Source of the DNA: Bacteroidota bacterium
GTDB taxonomy: Bacteria > Bacteroidota > Bacteroidia > Palsa-965
NCBI GenBank assembly: GCA_020402865.1
Contig: JADBYT010000019.1
Span: 68,622 to 132,621, forward strand
Direction of reading: 5' to 3'
DNA: 64,000 nucleotides
Of the stretch, positions 11,285 through 19,100 are shown one piece after another (position 1 is the first letter of the stretch; every line of letters begins with the position of its first letter). Position numbers and translations under genes: made by a program. The notes under the pieces were generated by a model that was not told where the DNA came from, made no database searches, and saw only the letters and a program-made list of their open reading frames with translations.

Positions 11285-11488
11285 ATAGGGCAGCAGGCAA
11301 CATCGGTTTGGCAATATGGCGGCTGAAGTGCTTCTATGAAACATTTGTGCAAGGTTCAACAGCATTAATTCTATTGAACTTTATTGCTAAAAATCCGCCA
11401 CATCGCCAAGCCGTTTCCCGTTAGCAACAATTATATGACAAACCATGATATCAGTAAAATTGGTTTAAGCCCAAAAAAATGCAACAAA

Positions 11489-14158
11489 ATGAAAGAGGAA
11501 ATATATATTTCATATGCATGGATTAAATCCCCTACAGGCAATAAGGGGCACTCAACAATTGTTAACTCTATTGAGAAAAAATTGAAAGGTCATTTCAGCG
11601 TTAAAATTGATAAAAAAGATTTAAAGTACAAGGGAAACATAAAGGAATTTGAACAACGACTGGGACGAAATGGAAAAATTGTTATTGTCATTAGTGATAA
11701 GTTTCTTAAGTCAAAACATTGCATGCACGAAGTGCAATGTATAGTTGAGAAAGGCAATGTATATGAACGGATATTTCCAGTTGTGTTGGATGATGCTGAC
11801 ATTTATAACTCAAAAGGGATTCTTAAGTACGCTAAGTATTGGGAGAAGGAAAAGGAAAAATTAGAAAAGGAGTTGAAAAAAACTAAATCGCAGGCCAATC
11901 TTATTCCAGTACAAAACGACATCAATTTATTTTCTAAGTACCGTGAAATTATTGCTGGTTTTATTGCCATACTCAACAATATGAATACGCTAACTCCAGA
12001 AATTCATGAAGGGGCAAAATTTGAACAATTAATTGAAGCACTGTATGGAAAAAATCCACGACCTGACCATAAGCAGGAAAAGGATTACGCCAAGCGAATC
12101 TCAGAGACCAAAAAACTATTTGATAGTGCAATAAAGATTATAGAAAAGGAAATCAAAGAGAGAAAAATTAAGGCTGAGGAAATTCTTGGAAAAATAAGGC
12201 ACTTTCAAAATCAATGCACCCAACAAACATTTCAAATTGCTGTAATGGCAATTTTAAAATCGGGGAAATCCACCTTTTTAAATTCGTTACTCGGCAATGA
12301 GTTTTTGCCCGTTTCGAATGTTGCGGCAACTTCTGTCCCCGTTAGGATTAATCATTCAAGACATAAAGACGGGTATCTTACTTTTGGGAAAAGCAAAATT
12401 GATGGTGTAGAAAAGATTAGGAAGCAAATCGAATTGACCAATGAAGAAAAGAGAGATAAGGGAATGCAAGAGGTTCAATTTAATTTGTTTGCTTCTTTCA
12501 GGGCACTTGAGGATAAGGAAATGACTGATATTAAGTTTGAAATATTAGACACACCTGGCTTTGGTGAAGCACTTACTGAAATTACAATTGGAAAAACAAT
12601 TGACGAATCCAATTTGGAGCTTATTGATAAAATCAGCGCAATAATCTATTTGCTGGATTACACCAAATTGAAAACAACAGACGAGGATAAGGTGTTTGCA
12701 AAGTTAACTGAGATGCGAAGTGACATTCTGGATAAAATATCAGACAGGTTGTTTTTTATAATTAACAAAATTGATGAGGAAAACAGGAATAGTTTGCCAC
12801 CAGATAAAGTAGTTGATTATGTATTTGACATCGTTAAAACGAAAATGCCGAATGTTTTAAAGCAGCACATTTTTACAATATCCGCTAACCGTGCATTATT
12901 ATCTAGATTAATTCTTTTTGAGAATGCGACCAGTGAAGCGAAAAAGGACTTTGGTAGAATGGCCTTTGGATTTAAAGCAAACCAAAAGGATGAATCGGAA
13001 TACAAAGAAGTAGCAAGAGAAATATTAGCCGCCAGTAACATTCTTGAAGTTGAAAGCAGAATTCTGAATCACATTTTCGATAATCGAAGTAGGATATTTG
13101 TCGAAGGTCTGCAGGACAGCTTGAAACATTTAATGAAGGAATTCAAGAATAAATTTATTATCACTGCTGAAGGAGTTCTTAGCAGAACAATTGAAGAAAT
13201 TACTGACCTTGAATCAAAAATTGAGGCAGCAAAAAAAAAACAACAAAGTATCCAGGACGAAGCGGATAAATTTGAAACGGAAATCAAGGAATGGAATGAA
13301 ATAGAATTTCGAAACTTTGAAAAAAGCATCACAGATCAAATTGACTCAGCTTTCAATATTGAAAAGGTTGAAGAAAAGCAATCGTTTTGGGGTAGAATGA
13401 TGCCAAATTGGGTAAAGAGAGTTGGAAATAAATTGCGCGAGGTACAAGACTCCGTTGATTCCAGTTCGAAATATGATGTTGAGGAATCAATTCGTGCGCT
13501 TAACAAGGAAATTAATGAGGAGTTAATTAATTCATTCGGAATATTCAGACGGGAATTAGAGAATAAATTAGCCTCAAAGCAGAAAGCACTTTTTGAATCG
13601 CTGAAGCAAACGATAAATACATTAGCAAAAGAGTTCGAGAGCACATTAAAAAAAGGACTTAAAGTGGAATTTGAACAAACAGAGGTTCGCTTAGACGAGC
13701 CAGATTTTGACAGAACCCTAATAAAGGCAGATGAGCTCATTGATAGATTTGTACAAAGCGACTGGAAAGGAGTTCGTGTTGCAAAAAAAGAAAAGGTTTA
13801 CAACGAAAGAAAGAATTGTTATCTGGGGGGATACGACACTTTTACTACTTATGAAACTCAATACTTTGAGGAGAATAGAATAAGCAAGACCTCCTTAGAA
13901 TTGTTTTGGAAAAAAGTAATTGATGACAGGCATCAAAATGCGAAGGGAGTGACGAATAAGTTACTTGAAAACAGTATAAAAGCTCAGATTAAGAACGCAA
14001 GGAAAAGTTTCGACACATACGTGGGAGATTACCTTTTAACTATCCAAGAACAAAAGGCTCGATTGACGAATAGCGACAAATCGGAAATTGCAAATCAGAT
14101 AGCACACTTAAGACAATTAAATGAGACGGTATCGAGTATTATTCAAGATTTGAAATAG
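11489..14158 (+). CDS. TIR domain + dynamin-like GTPase + coiled-coil fusion protein; candidate defence sensor/effector
   Basis: The ORF runs 11384..14158, and the likely ATG is 11489 (MKEEIYISYAW). The N-terminal segment has a TIR signature (IYISYAW...VIVISDKFLKSKHCMHEV, containing the conserved Glu). A P-loop GTPase follows with G1 AILKSGKSTFLNSLLG, G3 ILDTPGFGE and G4 INKIDEE, a dynamin_N-like pattern. The remainder is a long heptad-rich, K/E-rich tail. Confidence 0.8.
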   Translation: MKEEIYISYAWIKSPTGNKGHSTIVNSIEKKLKGHFSVKIDKKDLKYKGNIKEFEQRLGRNGKIVIVISDKFLKSKHCMHEVQCIVEKGNVYERIFPVVLDDADIYNSKGILKYAKYWEKEKEKLEKELKKTKSQANLIPVQNDINLFSKYREIIAGFIAILNNMNTLTPEIHEGAKFEQLIEALYGKNPRPDHKQEKDYAKRISETKKLFDSAIKIIEKEIKERKIKAEEILGKIRHFQNQCTQQTFQIAVMAILKSGKSTFLNSLLGNEFLPVSNVAATSVPVRINHSRHKDGYLTFGKSKIDGVEKIRKQIELTNEEKRDKGMQEVQFNLFASFRALEDKEMTDIKFEILDTPGFGEALTEITIGKTIDESNLELIDKISAIIYLLDYTKLKTTDEDKVFAKLTEMRSDILDKISDRLFFIINKIDEENRNSLPPDKVVDYVFDIVKTKMPNVLKQHIFTISANRALLSRLILFENATSEAKKDFGRMAFGFKANQKDESEYKEVAREILAASNILEVESRILNHIFDNRSRIFVEGLQDSLKHLMKEFKNKFIITAEGVLSRTIEEITDLESKIEAAKKKQQSIQDEADKFETEIKEWNEIEFRNFEKSITDQIDSAFNIEKVEEKQSFWGRMMPNWVKRVGNKLREVQDSVDSSSKYDVEESIRALNKEINEELINSFGIFRRELENKLASKQKALFESLKQTINTLAKEFESTLKKGLKVEFEQTEVRLDEPDFDRTLIKADELIDRFVQSDWKGVRVAKKEKVYNERKNCYLGGYDTFTTYETQYFEENRISKTSLELFWKKVIDDRHQNAKGVTNKLLENSIKAQIKNARKSFDTYVGDYLLTIQEQKARLTNSDKSEIANQIAHLRQLNETVSSIIQDLK

Positions 14159-14388
14159 CTATTCAGTAAAATAGTGAAGTTTAGTAAACTTTGGGAAAAT
14201 TATAAAACAACTATTGCTAACAGGCGTTTGGCTCAATGGTGGGTACAGTGGTTAAATGAAGCTTTTGCTTCTTTCTAAGTTTCTGCTGCTTTGACTGTGA
14301 AGTGCTTCGAAATACTGCACGAACGCCAAACGGCAAAACCTTACTACTAATTCTAAATCATATCACATCGACAACAAATAGAAAGAAA

Positions 14389-15021
14389 ATGATCGAACCT
14401 GAAATACAATATAAAGTACCAAATTACTGCCCGACTTGTAATTCGATAGTTGAGACTGGAATTCTTTTCAGTTATGCTTTGAATATTATATACACAGACG
14501 AATTAGAAAACCAAGGGACAGCCGTAATATTAGGAAAGTGCTTGAATTGCAACAGTCCGTTTTTATCACAAGAAGATTTTCAAAATATTGAAGAGCATTC
14601 TTGGGTAAATGACAAATTTCAACTTTACCCATTGACAGACAACTTCGCATTAAAAAACGCACCTGATATTGTTATTAATCCATACAAAGAAGCCCAGAAA
14701 TGTTTTAGGGCTCAAGCATATGAAGCTTGTGTAATAATGTGCCGAAAAGGAATTGAAGCGATATGCACTGACAAAGGCGAGACAAAGGGCAACCTCGCAG
14801 ACAAATTAAAAAAACTAAAAGACAACCATATTTTAGAAGAAACATTTTATAACTGGTCAAACGAATTGCGACTTATTGGAAATGACGGAGCCCACTCACA
14901 CGACAAAATAATTAACAAGCAAGATGCGAGAGACGCCATTGACTTTTTTGACGCTTTGATAACATATTTATATCATTTGGTTGATCAATACAAAAAATTA
15001 AAAACTCGTAGAACTAAGTAA
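14389..15021 (+). CDS. Zn-ribbon + DUF4145-like domain protein
   Basis: The ORF runs 14302..15021, and the likely start is MIEPEIQY at 14389. It has a CxxC...CxNC zinc ribbon (CPTCNS...CLNCNS). The C-terminal block AQAYEACVIMCRKGIEAIC...LRLIGNDGAHSHD...ARDAIDFFDALITYLY resembles DUF4145, a domain found on type I restriction endonuclease (HsdR) C-termini and abortive-infection/defence proteins. Confidence 0.65.
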   Translation: MIEPEIQYKVPNYCPTCNSIVETGILFSYALNIIYTDELENQGTAVILGKCLNCNSPFLSQEDFQNIEEHSWVNDKFQLYPLTDNFALKNAPDIVINPYKEAQKCFRAQAYEACVIMCRKGIEAICTDKGETKGNLADKLKKLKDNHILEETFYNWSNELRLIGNDGAHSHDKIINKQDARDAIDFFDALITYLYHLVDQYKKLKTRRTK

Positions 15022-15062
15022 TGACAAGTGGAGTAAAGAATATTATTTATTTCAGTGTCTAT

Positions 15063-15869
15063 CTATAGAGTATCAAATTTATTAGCATAGTAATGAGCTT
15101 TTTCACGGTCTTTAGGTTCGCTATTCCCATAGAAGTTACTATGAGAAAATAGTGTTTGTGTAAGGTAATTTTTAAGCCAAAGATATTTTGCATAGTTTTG
15201 AGTTCCACTGTATAATTCATTTTTAATATTAGTATATATATATTCTAAATCATCGATATTTTTAAGGGCTATTCGTTCTGCAAATGAAATAAAAATTGCA
15301 TCATTATTTATGATCGTAAAGTCGGTGGGATATTGATATATTAAACGATTTGGTCTATCAACTGCGCCGGGGTAAATGCTATCATAGTTATATTGTAATA
15401 TAAAATATTCTTTGGTTTGGTGGGAAGGATTACTATCATATGATGCAATGATTCTTGGGTCAATAATTACTCTAGGATATTTTTCCTGTGATTCTAAAAT
15501 ATAAGCATCACTAAGTCCATTTCCTACAACAATATTTAGTTCAGTATCAAAATGAATGTCACCTAAAGTTACTGCTCCTCTAATCCAAATATTTTCCCTT
15601 GCACAGTCGCATTGTATTGTTTGAACTGCAGTTAATAGCTCTCTTAATCCTTCTATGCTTAACTCACTGGCAAGAATAACTGAATCACTCACTAATTGAC
15701 CGCGAACATTTTCTTTACTCGATTTTACTTTTTTTAGAGTTTTAGTAATTACTTCGAAATACTTATCAAACCTAAGGTCTGTATCTTTTTTGCGTAACAT
15801 TTCTTTAAATCCTAAGACATCTAAAAATGCAACATATTGCTTCTCTTTTAGATTTTTTGACATTGACAT
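15063..15869 (-). CDS. class III nucleotidyl cyclase-like (palm-domain) protein; possible signal-generating cyclase
   Basis: 268-aa ORF convergent with the DUF4145 gene. YVAFLDVLGFKEML (first metal Asp), QLVSDSVILASE (second Asp), IWIRGAVTLGDIHFD and VVGNGLSDAYILES resemble the conserved blocks of class III adenylyl/guanylyl (and Pycsar pyrimidine) cyclases. Confidence 0.6.
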   Translation of the reverse strand: MSMSKNLKEKQYVAFLDVLGFKEMLRKKDTDLRFDKYFEVITKTLKKVKSSKENVRGQLVSDSVILASELSIEGLRELLTAVQTIQCDCARENIWIRGAVTLGDIHFDTELNIVVGNGLSDAYILESQEKYPRVIIDPRIIASYDSNPSHQTKEYFILQYNYDSIYPGAVDRPNRLIYQYPTDFTIINNDAIFISFAERIALKNIDDLEYIYTNIKNELYSGTQNYAKYLWLKNYLTQTLFSHSNFYGNSEPKDREKAHYYANKFDTL

Positions 15870-16062
15870 TGTTTTCTGTTTTTGTATGATTGCGTCTTTC
15901 TGGTGTTTATTTATATATTGTAAATATATTAAGTGTTTTATTTAGATCAAGATTTGTGCTAATATTTATATTAAAGGAGTAATAAATTGTCATTTTTAGG
16001 CAGATCTCTTTCTGATCTAGCTTCATGGTGAATTTAATGTATATGACACTAACATACCCCCT

Positions 16063-16103
16063 CAAAAAAAACACCTGCCGGCATTGCTGCACAGCAGGTG
16101 TTT
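16063..16103 (-). terminator. intrinsic terminator of the 1530-aa cargo gene
   Basis: On the minus strand, hairpin aacacctgc...gcaggtgtt followed by T8 (plus strand: ctcaaaaaaaacacctgccggcattgctgcacagcaggtgtt), 20 nt past the stop. Confidence 0.55.
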
Positions 16104-16121
16104 ACTTCAACATTAATCAAT

Positions 16122-19100
16122 TTACTCGTGAATGAGTTTGGCGGAGTAGCTGAACCCGCTGCGGCGGTCTTCAATTTTAAGCAGATACACACCCGCTGCA
16201 CAGCCCGTAAGCTGCGTGTTTATTTGCATGCGGCCGGCATCGGTTTCGCGCATTTCCTGATGCACCACGCGGCCGGCAAGGTCAGTTACCGTAATAGAAA
16301 TGGTATTGCTTTGCGGCGATACGAAGTCGAAAATGAGTGTGCCGTTGGTGGGATTGGGATGCAGATTGTCCACAAACACGCTGCCGGGCTGGTAGTTGAT
16401 GAGCACCACCGGCGAGTAGGTGTAGGTGCCGTTAAAATCAACCTGCTTTAAGCGGTAGTAGTTTTCGCCCTGTTTCGGGAAAGCGTCAACCTGCACATAA
16501 TGCAGCGGCTGTGTGCTGTTTCCGGCCCCGTCAATGGTAGCAATAGGCTGGAAGAACTGCCCGTCGGTTGAGCGTTCGAGCACGAAGTAATCGTTGTTCT
16601 GCTCGGTGGCAGTAGTCCAGCGCAGCACGTTGTGCTCGTTTTCGCTGGTGCCGGTAAAGGAAATAAGTTCAACCGGCAGCGGCGTTTGCGACTGCGCCAC
16701 GGCAAATACCGAGAAGCCGTTTAAGCCCGTGCGGCTGGTTTGCGCAGCGGTGCTGGTGGCTACACACGTGCCCTGCAAACCCCAGGCGCTGGCTATGTTG
16801 GCGGCTTTCATTACCGTCCACCCCGAAGCGCCCGCCGTGTTGCTGTAACTGGTGCTGAACAGCGTGACATCATAATTGCCCGAAGTGGCATTGGCCGAGG
16901 CATTGATGGTCCAGTAACCGTTGTTGAGCGCCTGCAGCGCATTGTAGGTGGCGTTGGGGCATTCGCTGGCGGCAGGGCCGTTGGGCAACACCGCCCACGG
17001 ATCAAACCTTGCAATGAGCTGCGGAATGGTGGTGGTGGTGGTAAACGTAATTTGTGCGCGCTGGTAGCCCTGCAGCACCGTGCCCACGGGCAGGTTGTAA
17101 GCCACCGCCGCGCCCGAAAGCCAGCGGCGCAGGTTGCCGGCCACAAAACTGTTTGTATTGCCCGCCGTGCAGGCTGCCGAAGCGGTGTTGGTTACCTGCA
17201 CTTCGTTGGCGGCAGTAACAATGCGGCCGTTAGTAAGTGTAAGTGTGCCCGATGTGCCCAGCACCATATTGGTGGCCAGCGTTACACCCGTGCCGGTGTG
17301 GTTCATAAGCACATTGTTAAGCGTGAGTGTGCTTGTGCCTTGATTATACGTTTGCGCGGCGGTGCCGTTAAACTCAAGCGTGCCGGTGGTGCCGGTGTTG
17401 GTGTAGGTGCTGCTGCCGTTGCTGTTGGTGAAGTTGCCGGCTACCCGCACGTAGTTGCCCGTGGTGTTGAATACACTGGTGTTGTTGGTGGTGGTAAAAT
17501 TGCCGCCAATATCAATGGCTGCATTCAATATTACCTGTCCGCCGGTTTTGGTAATGGTGAGGTTGCCCACTTTATCGGCTCCCACAAACGAGCCGGTAAT
17601 GTTTTGCACCACCGAACCGTTGTTGAACACAATGGTAGAAAGCGGACTGCACACGAGTGAACCGAAGTTGGTAAAATCGCCGCAGATGTTGAGTGTGGCG
17701 CCGGCCTGCAGGGTAAGTGTGGCGCCGGGATTGATGGTGAGGTTTTTTACGTTGTATGTACCTGCGGTGAGAATGGGTTGTGTAACCGACGAGGGCGAAA
17801 TTACCGCATCAATGCCGCAGGTGGGCGAGTTGCAGCCGCCCCAGTTGCCGGTGGGCACCCACGCACTGTTGGTGCCGCCGGTCCACGTAACCGAGTTGCC
17901 CGCAGCGGTGTAGTTGATGGGCGATGTGGCCGAGAAGTTGAGCGTAAAGCCGGAGGTGGAGTTGGAGAAGTTACTTACGCAAAGCAAATACACATCGCCA
18001 TTGTTCACGGCCAGCTGCTGCTCGTAGGCAAAGTTGAAGCCGGGATAGGCTGCAGGTGCGGTATTGGTTACGGTGCTGTTGAGGCCGGTAACCCCCAATC
18101 CGCTGTAGTTGCAGCGTATGGGCACTGCACCGGCGGCAATACCGGCACAGTTGGTAGCGCCAGCGCCGGCAATTTTCCACACGGCAAAATCGTAGTCGGT
18201 GGCGGCGGTGCTGGGTGCGCCGGGCCAGTCGTTGGGCACAATGTCGAAGGTAAGTGTGCCGTTGGCATTAATCGGAATGGAATACCATGCCGAGCCGCGT
18301 TCGCCGGAGGCAAGGCAGATGGATGCGCCTGTGAAATCGCAGATATTGCCGTAGGCCTGATAACCGGGGTTACCAATGGCAATGGTGGCGTTGCACACGG
18401 GGTTGGGCGCCGAGCAATCCTGCCCCACGGCAGCCGGAAAACCTACTGCGCCGTTTACCGCCATAATATCAAACGTGCCGGTGAGCGAGTTGGCGCCGTC
18501 CACACGAATGAAGTAGGTGGCGCCTGCGGTTAAGCCGGTGGCGGTTATTTCGGAATTGCTGTACGACGAAGTACCGCACACAGGCGCATCGTCGTTGCAG
18601 GCCACCTGGGTAAGCGAGGCGCAGGTGCCGCTGTAAAGTGCAATCTGCGTATTGGTGAGCGAGCCGATGCCGGTGCGGATGCGCAGCTGCCCCGAAGCCG
18701 GACACACCACTGAATACCACACGGAGTTAATGGTGCCGGTGGTCCAGCAGCTGGCTGCGGCGGGTTCAGACACACTGCCGGAGCAGGTGTTGTCGCCACT
18801 CAGGTTTACGTTGAGCGGAAGCGATTGTGCGTTGCAGGGTAAGTCGTTGGCGGGGCCGCTGCCGTTGTTTACAATGTTTATATCGTAGGTGGCGGAGCTG
18901 GGCGATGCCCAGGTATCTACCACAATGTAATAGGTTCCGGCCGCAGGCACGGTAACGGAAGCGGAAAGCGGGTTGCTGCCGCCGGCCGAGCCTACGCAGG
19001 TGGTGCCCACGTTGCCCGGGCAGCCATTATACACCTGAAAACCGATGTTGGAGGTGCTGGCGTTGCTCAGGGTAATGCCTAAGCAGGCCGCACCGCTCAG

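Noticed and set aside
11384-11488. Upstream 35-codon extension of the TIR-GTPase ORF (MLKIRHIAKPF...)
   Set aside because: The extension lies in the GC-richer intergenic repeat element, and the TIR domain starts exactly at the MKEEIYISY Met. The internal ATG at 11489 is preferred.
9900-16110. Calling the island a canonical Thoeris, Pycsar or CBASS system
   Set aside because: No SIR2/SLOG/Macro ThsA-like gene, no cNMP-binding-domain effector and no CD-NTase/SAVED were recognisable. Only a loose analogy holds, so it is reported as an uncharacterised candidate rather than a named system.
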